Below are positions 1 through 9,697 of a DNA stretch of 32,115 nucleotides, piece after piece (the stretch's first letter is position 1; the number at the start of each line of letters is the position of its first letter). The notes under the pieces were generated by a model, which saw nothing but the letters and a program-made list of their open reading frames with translations, made no database searches and was not told the DNA's origin. The DNA is from an uncultured bacterium (GTDB taxonomy: Bacteria > Gemmatimonadota > Gemmatimonadetes > Gemmatimonadales > Gemmatimonadaceae): NCBI GenBank assembly GCA_963978095.1, contig CAXBQP010000034.1, forward strand, positions 1-32,115, given 5' to 3'. A program made the translations under genes and the position numbers.

Positions 1-7
1 AATGTCG

Positions 8-1258
8 TCATACGGTCTCGTCGCCCGGGGCGCCCGACATCCGCTCGAAATACACGCGCTCGACGCGCCGACGCACGACGCGCTCGACCACGACGCGAAA
101 CGCCCCTACGGTCAGCCGCTCCCCGTTGCGTGGTACGCGACCCAGCAACTCGGTCACGAGCCCCCCGACCGTCTGGACGTCCTCGTGATGGAAGTCCGCA
201 CCGACGATCTCGCTCAGTTCGTCGAGGCTCACTCCGGCGGCGACCCACCAGCGGTCCGTCCCCTCCTGCTCCACCTCCGGCTCTTCGACGTCGTGCTCAT
301 CGCGGATCTCGCCCACGATCAGTTCCAGGGCGTCCTCTAGGGTCACGAGCCCGGCAGTTCCACCGTACTCATCGACGACGATCGCGATGTGCCGATGCGT
401 GACGCGGAACTCGCGCAGCTGTTCATCCACGGACTTCGTTTCGGGCACGAATGCAGGGGGACGCACCAGCGTTGTCCACCCGCCGGCGGGTTCCCGGTCG
501 TCGACGATCGACGGCAGCAGATCCTTGGCGTAGAGGACGCCGACGATCTCGTCGATGCTGCCATCATACACGGGGAGTCTGGCATGGCGCGCACTGCGGA
601 TTTTGTCCACGACTTCCGACCAGGGCGTCCCGCGCTCGATTCCCACGATGTCGACGCGTGGCACCATAATGGCCTGTACGGTCGTTTCACCGAGCGAGAA
701 CACGCCGTGCAAGAGCACCGACGCGGGACTGTCCGGTTCCGCTTCGGCCTCGGCCGCGACCACCTCGCGGAACTGCTCGAGGTGCTCCTCTCGCGCGTGC
801 GCGTCAGGCTCGCGAATCGGCAACCAGGCCAACAGTGCCGCGTCCAGCCGCGCACCGAAGAACACCACGGGTGCGAGCAGCTGCTCGATGCCGTGGATCC
901 AGCCAGCGCAGCGCGTCACCCCGGAGGCCCCCGCGAGATCACCGGCGGTCCGCGCCACGATCTCGGCAACCGCCACCACCAGGATGCCGGCGCTGAAAAC
1001 GACGATCGTCACATCGTCCGCCGGAAGTCCCGCCATGCGCAGTGCCACGGCCACCGCACCGCCGGCAAGGAGTTGCCCGACAATCCGGCCGAAGGCCAGC
1101 GCACGATGCACCAGCTCCCGCCGAGCGAGCAGCTCCGCCACCAGCACTGAGGACGGAGGTTCGTCGTCCTCCAGCGCCAGCAGCGCGCCGTCCGCGTAGG
1201 CGCAGAGGGCCGCCAGCGCCATCGCCAACAGCGCACAGCAGACGGCAAGCACGATCAT
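8..1258 (-). CDS. HlyC/CorC-family (CNNM-CBS-CorC) membrane protein, Mg/Co transport-associated
   Basis: Hydrophobic N-terminus, tandem CBS motifs (IMVPRVDI, RLPVY, AIVVDEYGGTAGLVTLED..E.IVGEI.DE) and a C-terminal CorC_HlyC domain (TVGGLV..LGRVP..GE). The ATG at 1258 overlaps the ybeY stop (ATGA). Its own stop overlaps another ATG at 11, probably the next gene running off the window. Confidence 0.9.
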   Translation of the reverse strand: MIVLAVCCALLAMALAALCAYADGALLALEDDEPPSSVLVAELLARRELVHRALAFGRIVGQLLAGGAVAVALRMAGLPADDVTIVVFSAGILVVAVAEIVARTAGDLAGASGVTRCAGWIHGIEQLLAPVVFFGARLDAALLAWLPIREPDAHAREEHLEQFREVVAAEAEAEPDSPASVLLHGVFSLGETTVQAIMVPRVDIVGIERGTPWSEVVDKIRSARHARLPVYDGSIDEIVGVLYAKDLLPSIVDDREPAGGWTTLVRPPAFVPETKSVDEQLREFRVTHRHIAIVVDEYGGTAGLVTLEDALELIVGEIRDEHDVEEPEVEQEGTDRWWVAAGVSLDELSEIVGADFHHEDVQTVGGLVTELLGRVPRNGERLTVGAFRVVVERVVRRRVERVYFERMSGAPGDETV

Positions 1259-1716
1259 GCCGTGCGGGCGAGCACGCGCACCAACAACTGCTCCTGACGC
1301 TTCCACATGGCGGAGTGCTCACGCCGCTCATCCACCGGGTGGTCATGACCCAGCACGTGAAGGACCCCGTGCACCACCAAGCGAAGGAGTTCTTCGCGCA
1401 CGCCGCATCGGTGGACCTTGGCGTTCTGGCGCGCCACGGAAGGGCAGACGTAAATGTCGCCCACGACTCCCGTTCCTTCGGCAGCCCCGAACCCGAACGA
1501 GATCACATCGGTCGGACCGCGATGCCCGAGATGCAGACGGTTCATCGTCGCCATGGCACGGGCGTTCAGCAGCGCCACCGAGATCAGCGCCTGCTCGACG
1601 TGCTCCGCGCGCAGCACGAGTCGTACCGCATGGGCGATCCGGGTCGACGAGACCGGCGTGCGCACGCCGTCCGTCGCCACCGCCACGCCGAGCGCACCGG
1701 ACGCGCGTCCGCTCAT
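1255..1716 (-). CDS. ybeY: rRNA maturation endoribonuclease YbeY
   Basis: PTDVISF, GDIYVC and the HGVLHVLGHDH metal motif; classic phoH-ybeY-corC order. Confidence 0.95.
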   Translation of the reverse strand: MSGRASGALGVAVATDGVRTPVSSTRIAHAVRLVLRAEHVEQALISVALLNARAMATMNRLHLGHRGPTDVISFGFGAAEGTGVVGDIYVCPSVARQNAKVHRCGVREELLRLVVHGVLHVLGHDHPVDERREHSAMWKRQEQLLVRVLARTA

Positions 1717-2681
1717 GCCCCGTCCTGGTCGGCAGCGTACGCCCGCACGATGTCGCGCACCAATCGGTGGCGCACGACATCCGCCTCTTGGAAGTAGTGA
1801 ATGGCGATCCCGTCGATTCCCGGCAATATCCGCTCGATCTGCGTGAGACCGCTGTCGTCACGCTTCGGGAGATCGATCTGCGTCTTGTCTCCCGTGATGA
1901 CGGCGCGCGAGTTCACCCCGAGACGGGTCAGGAACATCTTCATCTGCGCCGCCGTCGCGTTCTGCGCCTCGTCCAGGATCACGAACGCATCCGCCAGCGT
2001 ACGCCCGCGCATGTACGCCAACGGCGCGATCTCGATCACGCGCGTCTCGAGGCACTTCTGGACGCGCTCATGCGGCATCATGTCCTCGAGCGCGTCGTAC
2101 AGCGGCCGCAGATACGGATCGACTTTGGCTTGCATGTCGCCGGGAAGAAAACCGAGCGACTCGCCGGCCTCGACGGCGGGCCGCGCGAGCACGATCCGCT
2201 TCACGCGCTTCCGCGCCAGCGCGTCCGCGGCCGCGGCCACGGCAAGATACGTCTTACCCGTTCCCGCGGGACCGATCCCGATCACGATATCGTGATCGAC
2301 GATCGCCTGCATGTACGCGCTTTGCCCGGCGGTCTTGGGCTGGATGATCTTCCGCACACCCGGCAGCACGATGCGTGATGGATTCGCCGCTTCGCGCCCG
2401 CCTTCGAGCGAGTACCGGAGGACGTCGTCCGGGTCCAGTGCGGTCCGCTGCCTGGCGGCATCGATCATCCGTTGCGCCACGGGCATGGCACGCTCCACCG
2501 CCTCCGCGGCACCGCTCAGCGACAGCGCGTCGCCCCGCAGCGTCACGCGCACCGGGAACAGCTTCTGCAGCTCCACCAGATTGCCATCCGCCACGCCGGC
2601 GAGAGTCAGGAGATCCGCGCCTTCCGTCGACAATCGCTGCGTCACGGCATCCACGCCGGCCGCCACCGCCTGCTCGGACAT
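1713..2681 (-). CDS. phoH: PhoH-family ATPase (YbeZ-like)
   Basis: Walker A GPAGTGKT, RPAVEAGE.LGFLPG, YMRGRTL, ILDEAQN, DVVRH. Confidence 0.95.
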   Translation of the reverse strand: MSEQAVAAGVDAVTQRLSTEGADLLTLAGVADGNLVELQKLFPVRVTLRGDALSLSGAAEAVERAMPVAQRMIDAARQRTALDPDDVLRYSLEGGREAANPSRIVLPGVRKIIQPKTAGQSAYMQAIVDHDIVIGIGPAGTGKTYLAVAAAADALARKRVKRIVLARPAVEAGESLGFLPGDMQAKVDPYLRPLYDALEDMMPHERVQKCLETRVIEIAPLAYMRGRTLADAFVILDEAQNATAAQMKMFLTRLGVNSRAVITGDKTQIDLPKRDDSGLTQIERILPGIDGIAIHYFQEADVVRHRLVRDIVRAYAADQDGA

Positions 2682-4459
2682 CAGCGTTCCCCGACGTGGA
2701 TGTGCAACTCCGCCAGTCCCTCGGCCGGCACGTGCGTCGGCGCGCCCTCGAAGAGCGACCGCGCGGTGGTGGTCTTCGGAAATGCGATGACGTCGCGCAG
2801 CGAGCTCGCACCCGCCAACAACATGGTGATGCGGTCGAATCCGAACGCGATGCCCCCGTGCGGCGGTGCGCCGGCGCGCAGTCCCTCGAGCAGGAAGCCG
2901 AACCGACGCTCCTGCTCGTCGGCATCGCCGATACCCAGCAGTGCGAACATCCGCGACTGCACCGCGGGATCGTGCGTGCGGATGCTCCCGCCGCCGAGCT
3001 CCAGGCCGTTGAGGACCACGTCATAGGCGGTCGCGCGCCATCGCTGCGGCGCATCGGGATACGCCGCCATGTCGGACGCATTCGGCGACGTGAACGGATG
3101 GTGCACGGCCCCAAGCGCCCCCGTCGCCGGATCCTGCTCGAACATCGGGAAATCGGTCACGATCAGGAACCGTCGATCGTCCGGTGACGCGAGTCCGAGA
3201 CGCGACGCGCACTCCTGACGCACACGGTCCAACGCCGGATTCGAGATCCGATCCGCGGCCGCGACGAAGAGGGCGAGCTCTCCCTCCGCGAGTCCGAGCG
3301 CTTGCTCGGTTTCCGGCGTCAGGAACTTCGCGATCGGGCCATCGTACTTTCCGTCCGCCTTGCGAACGCGGAGCAACCCGCCGGCACCGGCCCCCTTGGC
3401 CAGGACCTCCAGCTCATCCACCTGTTTCCGGCTCCACGCCGCGCCGCCAGGGATCCGAATCCCGCGGATCCGCTCACCGCGCGCGAGTGCCCCTTGGGTA
3501 ATCCCGAACGCCAGCGGGCGAAACGCCTCACTGTAGTCCGTGATCTCCATGCCGTACCGCAAGTCGGGCCGATCGCAGCCGTAGCGCTCCATCGCGTCGG
3601 CATAGGTCATGCGTGGAAAGTGTTCGGGCGCGTCCTGCCCCGCGGTACGCCAGAGCGACCCGATCAAGCCTTCCGCCATCGCCAGGATGTCCTCCTGATC
3701 GACGAAGCTGGCCTCGATATCGATCTGCGTGAACTCGGGCTGGCGATCCGCCCGCAGGTCCTCGTCCCGGAAGCAGCGCGCGACCTGGAAGTACCGATCG
3801 AACCCGCAGGTCATGAACAGTTGCTTGTAGATCTGCGGCGACTGCGGCAGGGCGTAGAACTCGCCGGGATTCACCCGACTCGGCACGAGATAGTCGCGCG
3901 CGCCTTCCGGCGTCGGCTTCGTAAGGATCGGCGTCTCGAGCTCCAGGTAGCCACGATCCGTCAGATACCGACGCGTCTCCTGCAGCAAGCGGTGCCTCAG
4001 CACGAGCGTGGCCTGCAGTTCCGGGCGCCGCAGATCCAAATAGCGATGCCGGAGCCGCAGCTCCTCCGCCGGGAGCTTCTCCCCCTTGCCGCGCGCCACC
4101 GGAATTGCCGGCGTCACCGCGGGTCCAAGCACGCGGATCCCCGTGGCGCGAACCTCGATCTCTCCGGTGCCCATCTCGCTGTTGCGCGTCGCCGCATCGC
4201 GCAGCACCACGGTGCCTTCGACCTGCACCACGCTCTCCACCCCGACGGCCGCCGCCGCGGCGATCACCTCGGCGCTGGCCCAATCGGTGCCGAAGGAGAG
4301 CTGCACGATGCCGTCGCGGTCCCGCAAATCGACGAACACGATGCCACCGAGGTTCCGCGAACGATGCACCCATCCTCCCAGACGGACGGACGCTCCGACA
4401 TGGGCGACGCGGAGGGAACCAGCGAGATCTGTGCGATACGAGGTGGCGAAATCGGTCAC
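2681..4459 (-). CDS. aspS: aspartate--tRNA ligase
   Basis: OB-fold start GWVHRSRNLGG.FVDLRD, PEGARDYLVPSR, LPQSPQ, FRDEDLRADRQPEFTQ, GAPPHGGIAFGFDR. GTG at 4459 preceded by GGAG; the ORF extension to 4753 is spurious. Confidence 0.96.
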   Translation of the reverse strand: MTDFATSYRTDLAGSLRVAHVGASVRLGGWVHRSRNLGGIVFVDLRDRDGIVQLSFGTDWASAEVIAAAAAVGVESVVQVEGTVVLRDAATRNSEMGTGEIEVRATGIRVLGPAVTPAIPVARGKGEKLPAEELRLRHRYLDLRRPELQATLVLRHRLLQETRRYLTDRGYLELETPILTKPTPEGARDYLVPSRVNPGEFYALPQSPQIYKQLFMTCGFDRYFQVARCFRDEDLRADRQPEFTQIDIEASFVDQEDILAMAEGLIGSLWRTAGQDAPEHFPRMTYADAMERYGCDRPDLRYGMEITDYSEAFRPLAFGITQGALARGERIRGIRIPGGAAWSRKQVDELEVLAKGAGAGGLLRVRKADGKYDGPIAKFLTPETEQALGLAEGELALFVAAADRISNPALDRVRQECASRLGLASPDDRRFLIVTDFPMFEQDPATGALGAVHHPFTSPNASDMAAYPDAPQRWRATAYDVVLNGLELGGGSIRTHDPAVQSRMFALLGIGDADEQERRFGFLLEGLRAGAPPHGGIAFGFDRITMLLAGASSLRDVIAFPKTTTARSLFEGAPTHVPAEGLAELHIHVGER

Positions 4460-4544
4460 AACGAGTTCTCCCGGCGCGCTTTGCGCACCGGCATGGGAAG
4501 GAATCGCAGCGCGCGGAGGCCTGCGAACGAAAGGAGTCCGAGCA

Positions 4545-4805
4545 TCACGCGCGCTCGGACTGTGCGATGACGTCGGCGAACGCTCCGGCGCTCGACGACC
4601 CGGGGAGGACCGCCCGCGACGCCGGGACATGAACCAGGCGCGCGATGCGGCCCGCGGCAAGGCGCACCGCCGCCAGGATACCGTGGGCGGCGACGGCGTC
4701 GGCATCCGGAACCGCCAACCCCACCAACTCACGCAAGAGCGCAGACTTGGCACGGCTGACCAACGGCTCCCGAACGCGCACGGCGGGAAGGAGTTCGCTC
4801 ACCAC
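4545..4805 (-). pseudogene. internally deleted PTS EIIA (PtsN/fructose-type) remnant or mini-protein, about 86 aa
   Basis: N-terminus SELLPAVRVREPLVSRAKSALLRELVGL and C-terminus RIARLV...AFADVIAQSE resemble the two ends of PTS EIIA type-2 proteins; the central STGIGxGVAIPH phospho-site motif is absent. Recognised by eye only. Confidence 0.55.
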
Positions 4806-4937
4806 GACAGATTCGCAGGCATGTGCACAGACAAACATAACGCGCGCCCCGTCCCACGGGGAGCGGTGGTGAGCCCGACTCCACTTGAGTGAGCACCATG
4901 CAAGTTGCTATATTCCATACACTTACACCACTATTTC

Positions 4938-6014
4938 GTGACACATTCCGTTGAAATCACTGATCGCGTGAATCTGCTTGACCTCACCCCGGATCAAGCG
5001 GAGTCCGCCTTGCGCGATTTTGCGCACTCCGTCGGCGCTGGTGCATATCGTGGCAGCCAGGCGGCGCGCCACCTGTGGACCTCGCCAGTGGGAACGTTCG
5101 ACGAGATGTCGGACCTCCCTAAGGACTTCCGTGCCAAACTCGCGGAGCATTTTACCATGCCCCGTCTCGCGCTCGAGACGATGCAGCAGTCGGGCGACGG
5201 TACGCGCAAGTTCCTCTTTCGCATGGCCGACGGTCAGGCGATCGAGACGGTCGCCATTCCGGACGGCGACCGCCTGACTTTCTGCATCTCCTCCCAAGCC
5301 GGCTGCGCGCTCCAGTGCGCGTTCTGTGCGACCGGTGCCATGGGCTTCCTGCGCAACCTCTCTCCTCACGAGATCGCGGGACAGGTCCGCGAGCTCGCCT
5401 TGCTCGATCCCCCCGTCAAAGCCACCAACATCGTCTTCATGGGGATGGGGGAACCCCTCATGAACTGGCCCAGCGTGGACGTGGTCCTCACCACCCTGAA
5501 CAGCCCGAAGGGCTTCGGGATCGGGGCGCGACACATCACGCTCTCGACCGTTGGCTGGCTGCCGGGCATCGAGGCGCTCGCCGCACGCGCCGAGCAGTTC
5601 CGATTGGCGATCTCCATTCACGCGCCCACGGACGGTCTGCGCGCGACGCTCATGCCGGTGAACACCAAGTTCCCGCTCGCCCACGTGATCGAGGCGGCGG
5701 CGAACTTCGATCGCCGCGTGACCTTCGAATACGTCATGCTCGGCGGCGTGAACGATCAGATGGAGCATGCCAACGCGCTCGCCCTGCTCGCGCAACAGTG
5801 CAAGGCCTTCGTGAACTTGATTCCCCTGCACCCGGGCGGTTCCATGGGATTCACCCCCACCCCGCGCGACGGGATTCAGGCATTCGCGCGGCGCATCAAG
5901 GATCGCGGGGTCGAAGTGGCGATCCGCAAGAGCCGCGGCACCGACATCTCGGCGGCGTGCGGGCAGTTACGGGTGGAACGGCTCGCGCGGCGGCGTCCAG
6001 AGCCGGCCCAGTAG
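4938..6014 (+). CDS. rlmN: 23S rRNA m2A2503/tRNA m2A37 radical-SAM methyltransferase RlmN
   Basis: CISSQAGCALQCAFCATG (CxxxCxxC), MGMGEP, AACGQL. Start uncertain (GTG 4938 or 4968). Confidence 0.95.
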   Translation: MTHSVEITDRVNLLDLTPDQAESALRDFAHSVGAGAYRGSQAARHLWTSPVGTFDEMSDLPKDFRAKLAEHFTMPRLALETMQQSGDGTRKFLFRMADGQAIETVAIPDGDRLTFCISSQAGCALQCAFCATGAMGFLRNLSPHEIAGQVRELALLDPPVKATNIVFMGMGEPLMNWPSVDVVLTTLNSPKGFGIGARHITLSTVGWLPGIEALAARAEQFRLAISIHAPTDGLRATLMPVNTKFPLAHVIEAAANFDRRVTFEYVMLGGVNDQMEHANALALLAQQCKAFVNLIPLHPGGSMGFTPTPRDGIQAFARRIKDRGVEVAIRKSRGTDISAACGQLRVERLARRRPEPAQ

Positions 6015-6527
6015 AATCGTCAGATCCACGTAGCGCGTATCATCGGGCTCCTGCTTGACGACCACCGGCCCACTGAGTCCACTCATCGCCAGCGCGGCCC
6101 AGTCCGCGTGTCCAGTGCGGTCGATCACGACGGTCGTGTCCGTGCGCTCCCTAGTGGACCCGAAGTTGACGACATCGAACCCCGCGTCGCGCATGGCGAA
6201 CATCCCACGCCGCGCCAGCCCGGACACGTCGGTGCCGTTCAGCACCTCGACCTTGATGCGCACGCCGTCCGGCACGACGCGGGTGATGACCGGCTTCGGG
6301 CGCAACTCGGCAGGCGACGCCGGTCTGATGGTCAGACTGTCCGCGCGTTTCGAGTCGAAGATCACCTGCGGGGTGTCGATCGACGCTGGGACCGGCGCCG
6401 AGACCTTCGGCGGTCGCGACGATCCGCTGCGCCGGTAGCCCCAGGACGCGCCGGCGGCGACGAGCAAGGCGAGCAGGATCCAACGGCCGATCTTCCGCGG
6501 ACGCCGCCGCCCGTTGCCCGGATTCAT
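5967..6527 (-). CDS. membrane-anchored LytR C-terminal domain protein
   Basis: N-terminal Arg-rich segment plus TM helix, Pro-rich linker, VEVLNGT..SGLA and DLTILLG LytR_C motifs. ATG 6527 overlaps the upstream stop. Confidence 0.85.
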   Translation of the reverse strand: MNPGNGRRRPRKIGRWILLALLVAAGASWGYRRSGSSRPPKVSAPVPASIDTPQVIFDSKRADSLTIRPASPAELRPKPVITRVVPDGVRIKVEVLNGTDVSGLARRGMFAMRDAGFDVVNFGSTRERTDTTVVIDRTGHADWAALAMSGLSGPVVVKQEPDDTRYVDLTILLGRLWTPPREPFHP

Positions 6528-7075
6528 CGAACGGAGTTCCAGAGGGAAACACTTTCCGGAAAGAGGGCCTTCCCCTCCCGGAGCGTCCACTCGAGACGCA
6601 TGCGCACGAGCTGGCGGAAGACGCCGTCGAAGTCCCGCCGGACCTGCCCCGCGAGGAACGCGCGGTCGGCCTGCATGAACTGACGCCCAGGTTCGAGGAA
6701 ATCGGCCATGAAGAGCGCACGTCCCGTTCGGTCCCAGCCCGCGCTCCCCACGGTGTGGAAGCGAATCGCGGAGAGGACGCCGGCGCGCTTCTCCCCCTCG
6801 CGCGCCAACATCGTGGCCGCCGCCGGACCGTGCAGGATTTCCATCGGCGAGTTCTGATCCCCACTGAGCGCGCGCAGCAGCGGTTCGGGGGCATCGCGCA
6901 ACGCGTCGTGCCACCGACCCGCGTCATGCCATGCCTGTGCCTCATCGGCGTCGAGCGCCAACTCCCGGGCCCATCGATCCAACAACGTCGTCACGCGCCC
7001 GATGTGCGCGCGCCGTTTTTCCGTCACCTGCGCCCACGAGGGGAGAACCGGTGCTCCGACGGACGGCGGCTCCAT
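6524..7075 (-). CDS. YqeK-like HD-domain hydrolase (putative symmetrical Ap4A hydrolase)
   Basis: RRAH, WHD, LHGPAAA, RFHTVG, MADFLEPGR motifs; adjacent to a LytR gene as in nadD-yqeK-lytR clusters. Confidence 0.75.
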   Translation of the reverse strand: MEPPSVGAPVLPSWAQVTEKRRAHIGRVTTLLDRWARELALDADEAQAWHDAGRWHDALRDAPEPLLRALSGDQNSPMEILHGPAAATMLAREGEKRAGVLSAIRFHTVGSAGWDRTGRALFMADFLEPGRQFMQADRAFLAGQVRRDFDGVFRQLVRMRLEWTLREGKALFPESVSLWNSVR

Positions 7076-7839
7076 CAGGCGTCCAGCGCCGCCCGGAGCG
7101 ACCGCGTGAGGGCCACGGCTTCATCCACGCTGCGCTCCGCGGCGCGGACGATCGCACTGCCGACGACAATCCCGTCGGCGAGCGCACCGACCTGACGCGC
7201 GTGCGCGGCCGTCGAAATGCCGAAGCCGACGCAGATCGGCAGGGTGCACACTTCACGGAGCGTGGCCAGGGTGCTCGGAAGGGTGGCGGACACTTCATTC
7301 TGCACACCTGTTACGCCGAGCCGACTGATCAAATAGACGAAGCCACGCCCGTGGGTCGCGATCAGCCCCATGCGATCCCGGGGCGTAGTCGGGGCCACCA
7401 AGCGGACGAAATCGAGCGGTCCGGCACCGAACCAGGCTTCGCGTTCGGGGTCCGCCCCCACGGGAAGGTCGGTGACGAGCACGCCGTGCGCACCCGCCGC
7501 GCGCGCCCGCTGCAACGCGTCGGGACCTGCGGCAACGATCGGATTGAGATACGAGAACAGCACCACCGGGATCGAGAGCTTGGCCTCGGTGATCAACGCC
7601 AACGCCCCCTCGAAGGTCATCCCCTGCGCGAGCGCCTGTTGTGACGAACTTTGGATCACCGGACCGTCGGCCACGGGGTCCGAAAAGGGCACCCCGACCT
7701 CGAGGACATCGGCGCCCGCGTCCTCGAGCCCCTGCAGCAAGGCCACACTGCGCGAGCGGTCGGGGTGCCCGGCGGTGGCATAGCAGACGAGGGCACGGCG
7801 TCCCGCCGCGCGCAGCGCATCGAATCGTTGCGTGATCAC
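7075..7839 (-). CDS. trpA: tryptophan synthase alpha chain
   Basis: LEVGVPFSDPVADGPVIQ, GFVYLISRLGVTG, VGFGIST, DGIVVGSA. Confidence 0.97.
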   Translation of the reverse strand: MITQRFDALRAAGRRALVCYATAGHPDRSRSVALLQGLEDAGADVLEVGVPFSDPVADGPVIQSSSQQALAQGMTFEGALALITEAKLSIPVVLFSYLNPIVAAGPDALQRARAAGAHGVLVTDLPVGADPEREAWFGAGPLDFVRLVAPTTPRDRMGLIATHGRGFVYLISRLGVTGVQNEVSATLPSTLATLREVCTLPICVGFGISTAAHARQVGALADGIVVGSAIVRAAERSVDEAVALTRSLRAALDA

Positions 7840-7865
7840 TCAGGCGATCCTGGAGGAAGACGACA

Positions 7866-9056
7866 TCACAGCGGTACGATCCCCATGTCCGCCACCTGCG
7901 CCACATCCTTGTCCCCGCGGCCGCTCACACACAGGAGGACCGGCTCATCCGGCGCCCAACGTCCCGCGTTCGCCATGATCCATGAAATCGCGTGCGCCGT
8001 CTCCAACGCCGGGATGATTCCCTCCATGCGACTGAACTGCCCGAAGGCGGCGAGCGCCTCCTCGTCGGTCACCGACACATACGTACCCCGACCACTGTCC
8101 TTCAGGAAGGCGTGCTCGGGACCCACGCCGGGATAATCCAACCCCGCCGACACCGAGTGCGCGGGGAAGATCTGCCCGTCATCATCCTGCAGCAGGTAAC
8201 TCAGCGCCCCATGCAACACCCCGGGCGTGCCCTGCGCGAGCGACGCCGAATGCTGTCCGGTGGCGAGGCCGTGCCCCGCCGCCTCGACTCCCACGAGCTC
8301 CACGTCGCAGTCCGGCACGAAGGCGTGGAAGATCCCCATCGCGTTGGAGCCGCCGCCGATGCAGGCGACCACGCTCTTCGGCAACCGGCCGGCACGCTCG
8401 AGCATCTGGGCGCGCGCCTCACGACCGATGATGGCCTGGAAATCGCGCACCATCCGCGGATACGGCGCGGGACCGACGACGGACCCGATGATGTAATGGC
8501 TCTCCTCGCAGGTGGTCACCCAGTCGCGGATGGCTTCACTGGTCGCATCCTTCAACGTCCGCGTCCCGGACAGGACCGGGACCACGGTCGCCCCCATCAG
8601 ACGCATGCGGAACACGTTCAGCTGCTGGCGCCGCATGTCCTCTTCGCCCATGTACACGACGCATTCGAGACCGAGGCGTGCACAGACGGTGGCCGTGGCC
8701 ACGCCATGCTGACCCGCCCCAGTCTCGGCGATGATCCGCTTCTTCCCCATGCGCTGCGCCAGAAGCGCCTGCGCCATCGCATTGTTGATCTTGTGCGCCC
8801 CGGTGTGATTCAAGTCTTCACGCTTGAGGTACACGGGGGCGCCGATGAGCGCCGAGAAATGCGGGGCATCGCTCAACTCGCTGGGGCGCCCCACATACGT
8901 CCGGAGCGAATCCCCGAGCGCGGCGACAAAGGCTGGATCGCGCAATGCGTCGGCATAGGCATCCTCCAACGCATCGAGCGCCGGGATGAGCGTCTCGGGC
9001 ACATAGCGCCCGCCGAACGCTCCGAAACGTCCACTGTCCACCATGCTCGCCGTCAT
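7866..9056 (-). CDS. trpB: tryptophan synthase beta chain
   Basis: [28 protein letters not shown] (PLP Lys), [27 protein letters not shown]. Confidence 0.98.
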   Translation of the reverse strand: MTASMVDSGRFGAFGGRYVPETLIPALDALEDAYADALRDPAFVAALGDSLRTYVGRPSELSDAPHFSALIGAPVYLKREDLNHTGAHKINNAMAQALLAQRMGKKRIIAETGAGQHGVATATVCARLGLECVVYMGEEDMRRQQLNVFRMRLMGATVVPVLSGTRTLKDATSEAIRDWVTTCEESHYIIGSVVGPAPYPRMVRDFQAIIGREARAQMLERAGRLPKSVVACIGGGSNAMGIFHAFVPDCDVELVGVEAAGHGLATGQHSASLAQGTPGVLHGALSYLLQDDDGQIFPAHSVSAGLDYPGVGPEHAFLKDSGRGTYVSVTDEEALAAFGQFSRMEGIIPALETAHAISWIMANAGRWAPDEPVLLCVSGRGDKDVAQVADMGIVPL

Positions 9057-9697
9057 CCCGCTCGCTCCTGTGCCGCCTCGAAGAAGGCGCGCATCTGTGA
9101 CTGATCCTTGATACCGGGCGCCGATTCGACTCCCGACGAGACATCCACCACCTGCGGCCGCAAGATACGCACGGCCTCGGCCACATTGTGCGGCCGCAAG
9201 CCGCCCGCCACCACGAGCCGCGCCGTGGCGCGCGCGGGCTCGAGCGCCTCGGCAACACCCTGCCAGTCAAAGGCGACGCCGGTGCCCCCCAACTGGCCTG
9301 CGACCTTCGCGTCCAGCACCACGGCATCGGCCTCGGCAAAAAACGTCGCCATCCCCTCCGGGAGCGCGGCGCCCTCGGTGCGCGCGACCACCCACACCTC
9401 ACCGGTGAACAACCGACGCACGGCCTGAAGTTCCGCCGACGTGGGATCACCATGCAACTGCACCACATCCAACGCTACCGTTTCCTGCACGCGCGGGATC
9501 CGCTCCACGGCATCGTGCCCGAACACGCCCACCCGACGCACCGTGCGGGGGATCGCCTCCCACAGCTCCGCCGCCTGTGCCGCCGTACGCTCGCGCGGCC
9601 CGCCGGCGAAGATCACGCCCGCATAGGTCGCACCGACCTGGGCCGCGAACCGGGCGTCCACGACCCGCGTGAGCCCGCAAAACTTGACCTCAACCAC
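9053..9697 (-). CDS. trpF: phosphoribosylanthranilate isomerase
   Basis: [36 protein letters not shown] 9697 overlaps the trpC stop. Confidence 0.95.
   Translation of the reverse strand: MVEVKFCGLTRVVDARFAAQVGATYAGVIFAGGPRERTAAQAAELWEAIPRTVRRVGVFGHDAVERIPRVQETVALDVVQLHGDPTSAELQAVRRLFTGEVWVVARTEGAALPEGMATFFAEADAVVLDAKVAGQLGGTGVAFDWQGVAEALEPARATARLVVAGGLRPHNVAEAVRILRPQVVDVSSGVESAPGIKDQSQMRAFFEAAQERAG

Noticed and set aside
4460..4753. 98-aa N-terminal extension of aspS in the ORF track
   Set aside because: Low-complexity Arg/Pro/Ser translation overlapping the EIIA-like frame; the GTG at 4459 has an RBS and matches normal AspRS length.
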